A DNA stretch of 64,000 bases, taken from Azolla caroliniana (Eukaryota > Plantae > Polypodiophyta). Both the position numbers and the translations under genes were made by a program. Of the stretch, positions 36,222 to 50,700 are shown one piece after another (position 1 is the stretch's first letter; every line of letters starts with the position of its first letter). The notes below the pieces were generated by a model. That model made no database searches. It had not been told where the DNA came from and saw nothing but the letters and a program-made list of their open reading frames with translations. Location: positions 6,820,001-6,884,000 of the forward strand of contig JBHGNT010000018.1 of the NCBI GenBank assembly GCA_043228905.1. Reading direction: 5' to 3'.

Positions 36222-39200
36222 CTATGTTCCTGAGATTCCACTTTCGAGCATTATGAATGCACAAATCACTGTAATGGAAAAGACTGAAACCAGTGTGGTA
36301 TCGGAGAATTGCTCTATAGCCGCAGATACAGGCAACCTTGCTCGGTCTTCAGCCCAATTACGCAATCTGTCTGCCTCTGCAGCATAAACAGCTCGACCCT
36401 ATAGATGCATTCACAACTTGGTCAACATTTGGGCATGCAACATACGTTCAGCATTTCAGCATCTAATAGAGAAGTATCCAACATATGTTTTATTACTTTC
36501 CCTATTCCCCCCCCAGTCAACCTTTGAAAGATAGAGAAAGGGAATGAGTTGAGAGTAAAACTGATCAAATATCACATATTTGGGCTTTGAAAATTGGGAA
36601 AGGGTTTGATCAATACATGGGGGATGAATTGGTTATATATTTAATCTCCGCATTTCAACATCCAATGGAATGTTTTAATAGTTTTATGTATTCCCTTCGG
36701 TCATCAAACTCTTAAAGTTGGACAAGGGAATGAATTGATCATATAATGGTACATCTAGTCTAGAAGAGGTTAAATAGGAATGATTTGCGAACACAATTTT
36801 TGCTCAAATAGCTCAAATGATTGAGACAAAGGCAATGAATTGGATATCAAATGCAAGACATTTTTAATAAAACTAGTGATGAATTGGTAACGAATTGTAT
36901 TCGTGATATTATTGCTCGTGAGTAGCAATCAAACTCAAACCGTTTAAAGAAATTGAAACTTAAACTGTACAAAACCAAATCGTTTAAACCGAACCGTTAC
37001 AAAAAAATCAAGCTCATACCTAATGGTTTTAGAGACTTTTAAACCATTAAAATCGTGGTTTTGCAGTTCGGTTTTGGTTTTCAAGTTCAGGTCAAAATTC
37101 AAAATTTCACAAAGGCTCTAACCGAACCGATAAAAACCCCAAACTGAACCTGAACCCGAACCGTTTACAAAAACCTGAACCGAATCAAACCGTTTAAATC
37201 ATTAAGCTGTGGTTTAGCGGTTCGGTTCGGTTCAGGTCGCCAATTAAATAATTATTACTCGTGAGGCAGTTCCCAAGGTCATTTGGAGATGAAATTCTAG
37301 AGGCTTCTCTTGGAAATACAGAAAATTTCCTATAATACATAATGTGGGCCTTTAAACCTATCTTAAACTATGTGCATGCACATACTTATTGGGAAAAGAT
37401 AATGTACACACATCAAAGAAAATATAACGGTAGAACAAAGAGCTTTTCATCGGTATCCATTTAGTCTTTCTTAAACCATGTATTCGTATTGATTTTTCCT
37501 AATTTAATGCAATCAGCAATGGCATGAAAGCAAACGAAGTCTACACACCTCTTCATCAAACCATCGACCGCGGCGTAGCCATGCTGTTACTAATGCTAGT
37601 AGTATTCGCGGGGGTGTGAGGAAGTTGATTGCTTTCCCTGTACCCTTGATGTCTCGCATCCTTGGGACTAAGGTTCTAGCCACAGTCTCCGGTAGCTCGC
37701 AGATTATGTTGAACATCTTTTTGTTTTGAAGTGATGCACCACTGCAGAAACAGCATGTAAAATTGACATTTCCACAGATTTATCAATATGTATAATTGAT
37801 ATTCCGGAGAGGATATTCCAGAGATAAATTGAGCGCCTTTGGGAAAATAACCAAAACTTGGGGAAAACAATGAAAAAACTTGGGTATCTCAGAGTTTTGT
37901 TTTTCACCAAGATTTTCCCAAATGATATGTAGTAAGCAAAGTTATGGGGGAATCCATGCTTTTACCTCAGGAGGAGATCGGTGAGAACCATTCCAGGGGA
38001 AGCTGTATGAATACCGACTCTTGATCCTTTGCATTCTTTTAATAGTGAACCATGTAGCTGGCGAAGACCACATTTTGTTGCCCCATACCTGCAAATAATC
38101 TGTCTCTGCTTGAGCAGCACTATACATGTTAACTTTCTGTTCTTACTTAGAATGGTTTTGACTGTGAAATGGATGGATATGATCAAATAAACTAAGTTTT
38201 GAGTGCAAACAGATGTTATCACAATTCATTTCGAGTGCAAATGGATATTATCACAATTCATTTTCTCATACACAGCAGTAAGAGGAGTGCTCGATCCTCC
38301 AGATCCAGCTCCATCCATGTTAAAAATATGCCCACCCTTCCTTTGCAACTTCATCACCCGGATCGCTTCTCGAGTACAAATCAATGACCCGATCATATTG
38401 GCAGAAACAATCTGTAGTGGGAAGGTTGAATTCCATATTCATGTATAATAATGTGTTTTCATTATAGCCACAAAGATTTCGATCTCAAGAAAACTCACCT
38501 CCTGAATGTCATCATCAGAGAATTGAGTAAGTGGTCTAAACCCTTTGTTGATACCTGCATTATTGATCTGTCCATATGATATATCAACATCATGATATTA
38601 AGGGTACAGGAATGTAATTTGAACATAAAATATCATAATATGATATGTTTGTGAGCATTGTGAAGACCTACCCATAAATCAATTGATCCAAGTTCACTCC
38701 CAGCAAATTCTGCCAATGCCTTTACATCATTGACTTTAGACACATCACATGCAATTCCAATAACTCTGGCCCCATCTTTCCTATCCTTGAGTGATAGAGA
38801 GTCATGAACCATTGAAAATGGGTGGTATAATCTGGATGCCAACTCAACTTGAAGCTCCTCGACCGTTTCAGCAACAGATTCAGGACTGAACCAAAAGTAG
38901 CTAGATATATTGACATTGAATTTCTACAACACTTTGAAAAGAAAAATGTGTATATTATATATATCTCCACGGCACTGAAAGGTGATGCATACCTCCGTGA
39001 TGCAATTACCACCCGATCTCCAGCAAGGAGGAATTCCCTTGCCAAAGCCTTCCCTAGACCACGCGTGCTGTCATGTCACCGAATATAGTTAATGAGTTCA
39101 GTTAAAGCTGCATTGGAAAACTATAATTGTGCAAATTTTCAAGATTTGGATGGCTTTTGATAACCATAATGGTATATTGGTAGTTATCCCCAAATTATGA

Positions 39201-40918
39201 AACAAAAATGTCACTTGATGGAATTCAATCGGCTTACCTTCCAGTAATTATAACATTCCGAGGTCCCGATCGAAACCGCTTTTGCATAACTTTCTCAGCA
39301 CCGATCATTGATCCTACAATGATTCCAGCAAGCCAGCTGAGCCAGATTACTGTCTCTAGTTCTGAATCTCCTCCTTCATTGACCAGAATTGATGAAAACA
39401 GAAACACATAAGACTTAGGCAGACAGACATTGCTTCAGAACAACCTTCAGAACTAGAACTACAAACTTCACAAGTAGAAATCATATGAATTTGCAAACAC
39501 CATGATGGACACAATTCAGCAGAGCGCCCCCCTACATTTTTGTTATTTCACCAAATGCCCCTGGTCAAACCCTGGAAGCGTGAAAAAGATGGATGATTCG
39601 AGCAAATAATTGCTCAAATAGCATGTAGAAGTGAGAAAAATGGGTATCAATTGACCATATGATTGCTCGAATGCCACATGTTAACTTCTCGAGCGGTGGT
39701 TGACCAAGGTTATGTGGGAAAGTAACAAAAAGTTAGGGGGAATTGCAATGAGATAAAGAAAATCTCAGAGGTAAAGTTTCATGGTTTTCTCTCCAGATAT
39801 AAATTATTCATATATGTCTTTGCATTGAGCATACCTGCTAGTTCATAACCTGTGGCAAGAACAGTTCCAGTTGCCATCATGGTGAACAAGAATTTTCCTA
39901 AATGACTAGTGAACTGGTAAAGAGACAATCAGAGGAAGAAAAATATTAGCTTTCATGTCTGCAGATGGCCAAAAGACTTTCGCTATATAAGCATCATACA
40001 ACTCTATGTCAGCTACTATGGATTTATTTCATGTATGAAACATCTTTTTAAATTCCTCCATTACTTGTACCTAGAAATCATGTTTGAAGATCAACGTGAA
40101 CAATGATATCTACAGTTGCTTCTCATTATTTGTGACACAAGAAAGTCACCATTTTGAACACAGGAAAGACCTGATATTTTACAGATTTAATATTATGAAC
40201 TTACTGTAAAGAAATCAGCCTCAGCCTGCCTTAATCTGCGGCGGATCTTCCTTCTATGGTAACTAGGTGGCCATGATCCTGTCAACATCTTCACGAAGCT
40301 CCACGAAGTTCTTAAATCATCTGCTTCTGATCGCTGGAGCTTCTTGTTCTTCTTTTTCTTTCTCTCGTTCCCGAGCGATAAGTCCTTCAGATTGGATCCG
40401 TTCACTACCCTAATGAGAGGGCGAACTGTGTTGATGAAGCCATACTGAAACCAAGTCAACTTCCTTCCATCTCCGTCTATTAAATCAGTGCAGTTATTCA
40501 ATGATTCAAAACTACCAGAAACATCTGGTAATTCTGTGTCTATTTGAAGATCCTTGCTGTCGCCATATCTGTTGGCCACGAAACCACTTCCATCTTGGGA
40601 AGAAGGGCTATCCTTCTTCTCCGCTTGCGTGGACTCCTCACGGATCAGAGAGTACGCGGAATCGTTCTTGCTGGTAGCAGAGGCAGGGATTCTTATCGAA
40701 CTGCGAGGGTCCTTGGAGGAAGGATGGGGAAAGACAAAGCAGAAGATGGAGGAGGGAGGAGGGCCATGGAGGGGAGGGTTAAGCTTGGATCGGAGTGGGA
40801 ATGGGAGCTCGGAAGCACAATTGTGGCGAGGCAGGGCGGCGGCGGCGGTATGTGTGGGGATCATGATGGCTCTGTAAGACAGTGGAGGAGGAGGATTTGA
40901 GGTATGCAGAGCCGCCAT
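36222..40918 (-). CDS. NYC1: Chlorophyll(ide) b reductase NON-YELLOW COLORING 1 (chloroplast SDR), ~639 aa, 10 exons
   Basis: Exons (minus): 40918-40205, 39913-39835, 39373-39238, 39067-38993, 38885-38672, 38567-38499, 38411-38272, 38088-37966, 37741-37549, 36398-36222; GT-AG, phases consistent. SDR motifs TGSTRGLG, INNAG, YGATK. NYC1-specific N-terminal TM segments (LAGGDS..WLSWLAGIIVG) and C-terminus (MFNIICELPETVA..RRGRWFD..YAAEADRLRNWAE), which NOL lacks. Transit-peptide-like N-terminus. Confidence 0.95.
36930..37245. mobile_element. AACCG-rich MITE-like remnant in NYC1 intron 9
   Basis: Dense AAACCG/CGGTT(C) motifs ending GGTCGCCAATT, similar to the right end of the 33907-34271 element. 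Confidence 0.5.
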
Positions 40919-41015
40919 GGAAGCTTGAAAGGAAAGGAAAGGAAAGGAAAGGAAAGAAAGAAAGAAAGAGAAGGAAGGAGACAGGTTCATCAGTTTTCTG
41001 GTTGCGTGTGGATAG

Positions 41016-41070
41016 GCCATGTGGCCACGATCTGCTGCCACGTCAGCCGGCCGCCAGGTCCACGTGGCTG
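41016..41070 (-). promoter_or_regulatory. G-box/ABRE cluster in the NYC1 promoter
   Basis: GCCATGTGGC (41016), GCCACGTCA (41037) and CCACGTGGC (41060), ~100-150 bp upstream of the ATG. Confidence 0.55.
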
Positions 41071-41975
41071 GCCCGCCCCCTGCACGGGGCCCGGGCTGCC
41101 GGTTCGTACCAACTCATATGTCCCGCCCGCGCCCCCGGTCTCTAGACCACAAACCTTCTCTGCGTTTCGGCCGAACCGAACCGAACCGAACCAATCAATT
41201 CTTTTGCTCGTCCTGTCCATTCGCTGCGTCTTTTGACTAGTAAGGCATCCTACGAGAGCCCGAGCCAATCAATCGACCACTTGTATTCGATTGATCGGCT
41301 CGGGTAGGCTTCTTTTCCAGTTCTCGTTCTCGGCCGTTGCTTCTAAGTCAAATGTAGCCTCCCCCCCCCCCCCACGTCCTTTGCCTTCTTAGCCAATCAA
41401 TCAACCACTTGTATTCGGTCGAGGTGCACCTATTGCTCACCTCTGCTTTTTGAGATGTCCATTAGATATTTTTTTGCGTAGGGGTATCAAAAAGAATCTT
41501 GGTTGATGTAGTAGACCCCTCCACGTCTCCTTCTTGCTTTGTTAAAATGAGAAAAGTGGGATGTGAGGACAAAAGGGAAGGAGTATTAGTTTAACATCTC
41601 GAAGAGCACGGTCTATGAAACCTGGCAATGATCAACAATGATTTCGTTATAGAGCTATTTCTTTGGTTTTTGAAGCTTGACACAAGATTTGTATAAAACT
41701 CACCTTTTGTAGAAACCAGCCTCTCCTTTGATGTCGATGAAACATGCCCCTTAAAGTAATTGTGCCATATTCAACAACATTTTAGGTGACATAAAGTTCT
41801 ATCCAAGGGAAAAAGGGACGAGAATATTCACATTCCCTAAATATTTTCTCCCGTCCAACAAATTTTCACAACACAAATGTTTACATATGGACACATGCAC
41901 ACTTGAACAAACATATACCCATAATTACTCGTACACAATAAAACATACATCTATATATATGCAGATCACTAATAG

Positions 41976-42440
41976 TGTTATGGGCATGACAATAATTTAT
42001 CCCATGGTAAGTTGTACCGTAATATTCTACACACGAGGATAAAGTGTGAGGGTTAATCGAGAGTGTAAAGAAGGTAGGATTACATTTAATCTTAAGAATT
42101 GAGACAACCCATAAGCGCCAAGTGTGAACTTGCCTAGGGGTCTTAGGTCTGGTTATAAATATGAGGCCTATCTACTCTCATTAGTCACATTATCCGACTA
42201 CATTGATACTGTGATATTGTGGTGAACAAACTCTTGTAGTGAGTGCGCAAGTACCATGTACGACTCGATGTCATGGCAGTGGTAGGGGATGTTGATCAAG
42301 GCTCGAGTCCGTCTCGATCCCTCTACTCGGGGGTGGTCGGGTGGATCGACACCCTTCTTTCTCTCTCTTTTCTTATTTTTCTATCTTATATTTCCTTATG
42401 TTTACATTAGGAATGATCTCTAACATATGGTATTTGAACG
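41976..42440 (+). mobile_element. Old LTR followed by a decayed Met-type PBS
   Basis: TGTTA...TAACA (41976-42425), TATA-like TTATAAATA at ~42153, then TA-TGGTATTTGAAC resembling TGGTATCAGAGC. Confidence 0.5.
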
Positions 42441-43259
42441 ATTTCTTTAATGTTTCTTTTGTTGATGTGATTTTGTTTGGATGGTGATTGATCAATGTTT
42501 GTTAGAGCTTGATCCAGAAAAGGTGTTAACAAAGGAAAGTCGGTACTTCCTTCTTTTGCTATTCTTTCTTCTCCCATCTCAATAATGTTTAAGTTGATAT
42601 GTTAAAATGTTAATCATTCAATTATGTTGTAGTGGTCATAGTTTGTTTGTATAAAACGTACATGTGCCATATGCGTAAGAGTTCAATACCTCAATTGCGT
42701 ATTACGTTCACTCTTATGTCTTGGATGTTGCATGTGCGTAGAGGCTACATGCCTTGACTATGTATCTCGATCACATCATTCATTGGTTTAACAGTAGGTC
42801 ATTTGAAATAGGTAACATGTCACATTCTCTTTTCCATATCTTGGTGAGATGTTCAAAAATGTCTTATTTTAGCAAACTTTCAAAAACACATGTGTACATG
42901 GTTTTTTAACACAGTGAAAAATAGAACTAAGTAATATAAAGACAACAAAGTCATCGGACGTATAATATGTCTACCATGTTTTTCATCCAAATCTTAGATA
43001 AGTATAATTGTATCATGACTCATTGTGCATAATCTAAAAATCAAACCCCACTAAATAAGTGTCTTCTTCTAATTTTGTGTGTATATTTATATATAATACA
43101 TCTTAAAGGAAATTGTGAAGGTTGCAATTAAGAGATACTATTATATCGAGAGAAATATTCCATTGACACATGACACTGTCAATGTGGAAAGAAACCAGTC
43201 TACAATAACGTTCCAATAAGATGAACAACTGATAGAGTACAAATTTATCATGTGAATAC

Positions 43260-43678
43260 GGTTGGGAAAACAGGTCCCTCCCAATGGGAAGAAGAGAACA
43301 AACTGAATCGAAGAAGAAATCGAAAATCGAAAACCGGAATCGAGAATAGATTATATAACCGATTTAGGAGACTATAATATTTGTAAATAGTCTAAATGTG
43401 CTCCATGTGGACTATATTTGTAAATAGCCAGAAAGTTGTAAGTAAAAATACAACTAGGGCAAACTTTATTAGTAGGTAATGTACCATTGTAGTTGATTAT
43501 TATTACTATTACATAGTTAGAGAAGGTTGTTGCCTCTGTAATTGTGAGAGAGTGAGAGTTAGAGTAGTAATTCTCCCGCCGTCTGTTAGACGAATGAGAG
43601 CTTAAGGTTGTTGCCTTGGAGCTTCTCATTGTACTCCTCCAATCATAGTGCTATGTTTGGAGTTTGTGGACTCCACGT
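43260..43678 (+). mobile_element. Diverged LTR of the Copia D/F family, interrupted by Gypsy I
   Basis: GTTGGGAAAACAGGTCCCTCC start, CTATATTTGTAAATAGCC and GAGCTTAAGGTTGTTGCC motifs shared with the D/F LTRs. Confidence 0.65.
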
Positions 43679-44792
43679 TGTCGTGAAGGATTTTGGACAA
43701 GAGAAAAGGAGCCAAGTGCACACAAACGATTGTGTGCACCGATGCACACAAATAAAGTATTATATACCAACATAATGTAAATAGCATAGGACTAGTAAGT
43801 ACTAGGTAGTACAATTTAATGAGGCACTTTAAAGTCCCACACATTAAAAAGAAATCAGGGAAGAGGGAAATCTCTAACACCGATCACGATGTAATAGTCT
43901 TCCCTTGTGTTATAAAAGGGGAGGCTTGAGCCTATTTTAGGCATCTGGTTTTGGGAGCACGAAGGGCTGCCGATTTGTGGGCTGACTTCTCTCTCTCCCT
44001 CTCTCTCTCGTTCGCTGTCTTGTGCATGATTCTGTAAGCTCCCGGCCAGAGGCTCCTTGGTCTGTCTGTGTGCGTGTGTGCATGAGGATGTGTTTCGTAG
44101 AACGTACGACTCTGCTACCGGCTGAGCTCGATTGTAATCTGATTACCTTAATCTATTAGTTTCGATAGTTCTGGTTTTCATCTCGATTTCTGAATCTTCG
44201 TAACTGGTTTCCCGATCTACCTGTGGGCTACGTGACATGGTGCCTTTCACGAACCTACACACTCGTTGTCCGGCTTTCGGTAACCGACTAGGCACACTGT
44301 CACGATTGCTCTTCCTACTCCCTCTGACTCCTTGGCTCGAGGCCCCCGTGGTCCTGCCCGTTTCAACACTTACTCGTGGAAAATCTCGACATCTTTGGTG
44401 AACCCAACGTGAAAGGGGCAACTGAGGAGTCTGAAGATGAGAGGAAGCGAACTCGCTGAAGTAATGGCGGTGGTTGTAGACCGCCTAGTTAATGCTCGCG
44501 AGGGCAAGAGTGCCTTTGATAGGGCCATAGAAACGATGGTCGACAAGATAGGCTGGTTTAATGGGAAAGACGCAACAAGCTACCTGGAGGCCTATAGGAC
44601 CGAGATGCTGATGAGGAATATTTCGGAGGACAGACAGTTGTTTGGATTCCCTCGGGTCGTAATGCCGAGAGTCCATGCAAAGGTGCTCGAAGTGAAAGTG
44701 GATTGCCGTAATTGGGCAGACTTCGAGGGGCGGTTGCTCAAGAAGTATGGCTTCAATGATTCTCTTTGGTTGTCAAAGAAGGACTTTATGGA

Positions 44793-47700
44793 TGTTGGGA
44801 GACAGGTCCCTCTGGATGGGAAGGGAGAAGAACAGTGCTGATGAACAAACTCGGCCGAGGCCGATAGGCCGAGACCGAAACCGGATAAGGAGTATCCGAC
44901 TACGAAGAGCCGGATGGTGCTGACCTGGTGAGAACCGGATGAGGAGTACCCGGCTACGGAGAGCCGGATGGTGTAGACCCGGTGAGGAGTGCTCACCGGT
45001 TGAAGAGACATATTCGTAAATATGTTTCTGAGAGTCCATCATGGCTATATTTGTAAATAGCCGAAAAGTCATATTAGTATAAATATGACTTAGGGCAAAC
45101 TTTTGTATGTTGTTGTCATATTCTTGTTGGTGCAAGGATAGAGTGATCGCGTAACTGTGTACAGAGAGTGAGAGAGAGAAAGAGGTCGTTGCCTCTGTTG
45201 TAACCGCCGCCTGTGGCGAAGATCGTGAGCACGAGGTCGTTGCCTCCGTGAACTCACTGTTGTACATTCTAACATAGTGATAGTTTGCAGCCTGTGGGCT
45301 GCCGTGGTTTTTCCCTTAGTTTGGGTTTTCCACGTAAACATCTTGCGTACTTTTCTCTTCCTCGTGTCGTGCATTCTCTCACCGTTTTTCTGTGTATGAT
45401 TTTAAGCTCGGTTGTGGCCAAGCGTTGCGCATATGGAACGTGAGTTCCCGTCAAGTGGTATCAGAGCGAAACGACATAGAAAATGGACGATTCGTTATGA
45501 GGCATGTTCAAGCTCACCGGCTCCAACTATTCGGTATGGAAGTCGAAGATGAGGGACATGCTCGTGGTTAAAGATCTTTGGTTACCGGTTCAGTTTGGGG
45601 ACAAGAGACCGGACAAAATCGACGCCACGATATGGGAGGTGATGCACATGAAGACAACGGCTTTCATACGGTGCTTCATCGACATGAGCCTATACAACAA
45701 CTTCAATGAAGAGAGCAAGGCTCATGAGCTCTGGGAGAAGATCGGCATTATATTTCAAAACAAAAATGTTGTTAATCAGGTTTCGATATTCCGGAAGCTA
45801 GTAAGACTCCGGTACCAAGATGGCTCCAACATGGTGGAGCACATGAATGCCTTCCAGGGGCTGATCCACCAGGCAACATCATTGGAAGTACCTCTCGCCG
45901 ATGAGGTACTAGCGCTACTCCTGCTCGGTTCCCTCCCGGATAGTTGGGAGACGTTGGTTGTCACTTTGGGCAACGCCGGGCCGGAAGGAAAGCGGTTATC
46001 CCTAGCAAGAGTAAAGTCGAGCTTGCTAGATGAGGAGGCGGGTCGGAAAGATAAAGATACGAGCTCCTACTCCAAAGCGCTCCTTACCGAATCGGAACGC
46101 GGAAGACATAGAAACCGTAGTCCCTAGAACTGGGAGAAGTCGGGGACACGGTCAAAGTCAAGGGGGAGGCCTACTTGCTTCTATTGTGGCAAGCCGGGAC
46201 ACTTCCAAAAGAACTGTCGGCATTTCGGAAAAGACAAGGAAACCGACGGTACCGATTCGAAGCGGACCCCGGACCGGAACTGAAAAGACCGGAGGGGGCC
46301 GAACCAGAAGGGAACGACGACAATTGCGGCAAGTGAAGAAGAGTTGATGCTCATCACCGAGGAGTGTGAGATAAACCTTGCCGACGATGAGATGACCTGG
46401 GTGGTAGACTCCGGAGCGTCGTTCCACCTTACCCCGGACCGGAAATGCTTCTCATTCTACTCAGTCGGTGATCACGGCTGTGTCCGGATGGGGAATGAAG
46501 GTACATGCCGAATTGTCGGCATAGGAGACGTGTGGCTGACAACACCAACCGGATGCAAGTTGCTGTTGAAGGATGTCCGACACGTTCCGGAGGTTCGTCT
46601 GAACCTGATATCAGCCGATCGGCTAGATGATGAAGGCTACATGGGTAGCATCCGGAACGGTGTCATGAAGTTCAGCAAAGGGAGCCTGATTGTGGCTCGG
46701 GCTCGGAAGGTCAACACACTGTCCCTGATGAATGCCCGGTTATGTCCGGAAGAAGTGAACGTGGTATCCGACACTGCCGATGTGCTGTGGCACAAGAGGC
46801 TGTGTCATATGAGAGAGAAGGGGATGAAGAGGCTTTTAGACGACAATCTCATTCCAGTGAAGAACGTGCACTTGGAGAAGTGCACTGATTGTCTGGCTGG
46901 TAAGCAAAACCGGACCTCCTTCCGACAAAGGCCCCTGATGAGACGTAATGCACCACTGGAGTTGGTGCATACGGATGTGTGTCAAGTAGACACGAAGTCA
47001 CATGCTGGAGCGCAGTACTTCATGACGTTCATAGATGACCACAACCAGAAGCTATGGGCCACACCGTTGAAGACAAAGGACCAAGTGCTATGACGGAGAC
47101 ACGCCACAGAGAGTATGGACCGGTAAGGAAGTATCCTACCGACATCTGAAGGTGTTCGGGTGTCTCGCGTACGTGCATGTCGCTAAGGACCGTAGAGGAA
47201 AGTTAGATCCAAAGACCCGACCATGCATATTCCTCGGTTACGGTGACGATGAGTTTGGCTACCGAGTGTGGGACCTGGTTGACAAGAAGGTATTCCGGAG
47301 TCGAGATATTATCTTCATGGAGGACAAGACGTTCGCCGACTAGGAGTCGGAGAAGAAGATAATAAACTGAGAGTCGACCGGTAAGGATCGACTCTACGAT
47401 GAACAGACCCAACCGGCAAGAGACCGGTTAGCACTCGAGGGACCAGCCGGTTACGGTGAGGATACCGAACAGGCTGAAGAAGAAGTAGAGGAAGCTGAAA
47501 CCGGAACTGACCAAGACCCTGAATCGGATTCGGATGAAGAGCAAATGGAGGAGCCGGTTACCGAAGCCCGAAGACGGAGATATCCTCTCAGAGAGAGAAG
47601 GGCGCCCCGGAGATTTCCGGATGCAGAGCATGTTCTGCTGACCGATGAGGGGGAGCCGGAAAGCTTCGAAGAAGCGAAGGATGACACCCACAGCCGCAAA

Positions 47701-50700
47701 TGGTTAAGTGCCATGCAGGATGAGATGGATTCCCTACATGAGAACCATACGTACGAATTGGTGGAGTTGTCGAAAGGAAAGCGGGCACTCCGAAACAAGT
47801 GGGTGTACAAGTTGAAACCGGGAGATGCCGGCAAGCCCCTGAGATACAAAGCCAAGATCGTGGTGAAGGGGTTCCAGCAGAAAAAGGGCGTGAACTTTGA
47901 CGAGATATTTGCCCTGGTAGTAAAGATGACCTCCATCCGGACGGTGCTGAGTATAGCGGCAAGCATGGACCTCGAGGTAGAACAGCTGGACGTGAAGACG
48001 GCATTCCTTCACGGCGACCTCGAAGAGGAGATCTACATGCAACAACCAGAGGGATTTGTGGAGAAAGGGAAGGAGCACCTGGTATGCCGGCTGAAGAAGA
48101 GCCTGTACGGACTAAAGCAGGCTCCCCGACAATGGTATCGGAAGTTCGATTCCTTCATGACCGATCAAGGGTACCACAAGACGCAAGCCGATCACTGCGT
48201 GTTTGTGAAGAAGTTCGAAGGAGGCGACCTCCTGATACTCCTTCTGTACGTGGACGACATGTTGATCGTCGGATAGGACCAAGCCAAAATACGGATGCTG
48301 AAGAAGGCTCTCAACCGGACCTTCTCAATGAAAGACTTGGGTCCGGCAAGACAGATGTTGGGGATGCATATTATTCGGAACCGGTCAATGAAGCAATTGT
48401 GGCTGTCACAGGAGAAGTATGTGACAAAGGTGCTTCAGCGGTTCAACATGTCAAATGCGAAACCGGTCGGATCGACACTTCCGGCAAACTGCAGGTTATC
48501 CGGTAAGCAAAGCCCGAAGACGAAAGTAGAGAAGGCGGTTATGATGAAGATTCCATATGCCTCTTCCGTCGGGCGCTTGATGTACGCAATGGTGTGTACC
48601 CGACCGGATATAGGATACGTAGTCGGAGTGGTGAGCCGGTTTATGAGCAATCCCGGCAAGGAGCACTAGAACGCAGTCAAATGGATACTCTGGTATTTGA
48701 AGGGCACTACAAATATGTGTCTCCGATTCGGCTCCGGAAAACCTCAACTGGACGGTTTCACCATTTCGGACATGCCGGCTGATGTGGATACCGGCCGGTC
48801 TACATCCGGGTATGTAATGACATATGCAGGGGGAGCTATTTCGTGGCACTTGAGGCTGCAGAAGACGGTTGCATTGTCAACCACGGAGGCGGAGTACATG
48901 AAGGCTGTGGAAGCCGGCAAGGAAATATTATGGATGAAGGACTTCATCGGAGAGCTCGGCATCCGGCAAGATGAATACCGACTTTATTGCGACAGTCAAA
49001 GTGCCATCCATCTTGCCAAGAATGCGGCCTACCATTCCCGGACGAAGCATATCTAGTGAAGATATCACTGGATCTGGGAAAGAGTAGATGACCACGAGTT
49101 CGCACTGACGAAGATCCACATGGCTCAGAACGGGTCAGATATGCTGACCAAAGTGCTGATACCCGACATGCTGGATGCATGCCGGAAGAGGATCGGACTA
49201 GTAAGACACCCCATGCCGGAGTGAAGGGGGAGTTTGTTGGGAGACAGGTCCCTCTGGATGGGAAGGGAGAAGAACAGTGCTAATGAGCCTATTTTAGGCA
49301 TCCGGTTTTGGGAGCACGAAGGGCTGCCGGTTTGTGGGCTGACTTCTCTCTCTCCCTCTCTCTCTCGTTCGCTGTCTTGTGTATGATTCTGTAAGCTCCC
49401 AGCCAGAGGCTCCTTGGTCTGTCTGTGTGCGTGTGTGCATGAGGATGTGTTTCGTAGAACGTACGACTCTGCTACCGGCTGAGCTCGATTGTAATCTGAT
49501 TACCTTAATCTATTAGTTTCGATAGTTCTGGTTTTCATCTCGATTTCTGAATCTTCGTAACTGGTTTCCCGATCTACCTGTGGGCTAAGTGACATGGTGC
49601 CTTTCATGAACCTACACACTCGTTGTCTGGCTTTCGGTAACTGACTAGGCACACTGTCACGATTGCTCTTCCTACTCCCTTTGACTCCTTGGCTCGAGGC
49701 CCCCGTGGTCCTGCCCGTTTCAACACTTACTCGTGGAAAATCTCGACATCTTTGGTGAACCCAACGTGAAAGGGGCAACTGAGGAGTCTGAAGATGAGAG
49801 GAAGCGAACTCGCTGAAGTAATGGCGGTGGTTGTAGACCGCCTAGTTAATGCTAGCGAGGGCAAGAGTGCCTTTGACAGGGCCATAGAAACGATGGTCGA
49901 CAAGATAGGCTGGTTTAATGGGAAAGACGCAACAAGCTACCTGGAGGCCTATAGGACCGAGATGCTGATGAGGAATATTTCGGAGGACAGACAATTGTTT
50001 GGATTCCCTCGGGTCGTAATGCCGAGCGTCCATGCAGACGTGCTCGAAGTGAAAATGGATTGCCGTAATTGGGCAGACTTCGAGGGGCGGTTGCTCAAGA
50101 AGTATGGCTTCAATGATTCTCTTTGGCTGTCAAAGAAGGACTTTATGGATGTTGGGAGACAGGTCCCTCTGGATGGGAAGGGAGAAGAACAGTGCTGATG
50201 AACAAACTCGGCCGAGGCCGATAGGCCGAGACCGAAACCGGATAAGGAGTATCCGACTACGAAGAGCCGGATGGTGCTGACCTGGTGAGAACCGAATGAG
50301 GAGTACCCGGCTACGGAGAGCCGGATGGTGCAGACCCGGTGAGAACCGGATGAGGAGTACCCGGCTACGGAGAGCCGGATGGTGCAGACCCGGTGAGAAC
50401 CGGATGAGGAGTACCCGGCTACGGAGAGCCGGATGGTGCAGACCCGGTGAGGAGTGCTCACCGGTTGAAGAGACATATTCGTAAATATGTTTCTGAGAGT
50501 CCATCATGGCTATATTTGTAAATAGCCGAAAAGTCATATTAGTATAAATATGACTTAGGGCAAACTTTTGTATGTTGTTGTCATATTCTTGTTGGTGCAA
50601 GGATAGAGTGATCGCGTAACTGTGTACAGAGAGTGAGAGAGAGAAAGAAGTCGTTGCCTCTGTTGTAACCGCCGCCTGTGGCGAAGATCGTGAGCACGAG

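Noticed and set aside
40919-41041. Upstream in-frame extension of NYC1
   Set aside because: It runs through a pyrimidine-rich 5' UTR microsatellite and promoter motifs; GCTTCCATGGCG at 40918 gives a typical transit-peptide start.
41262-41420. Repeated AGCCAATCAATC.ACCACTTGTATTCG upstream of NYC1
   Set aside because: A short two-copy duplication with a CCAAT core; too little evidence to assign a function.
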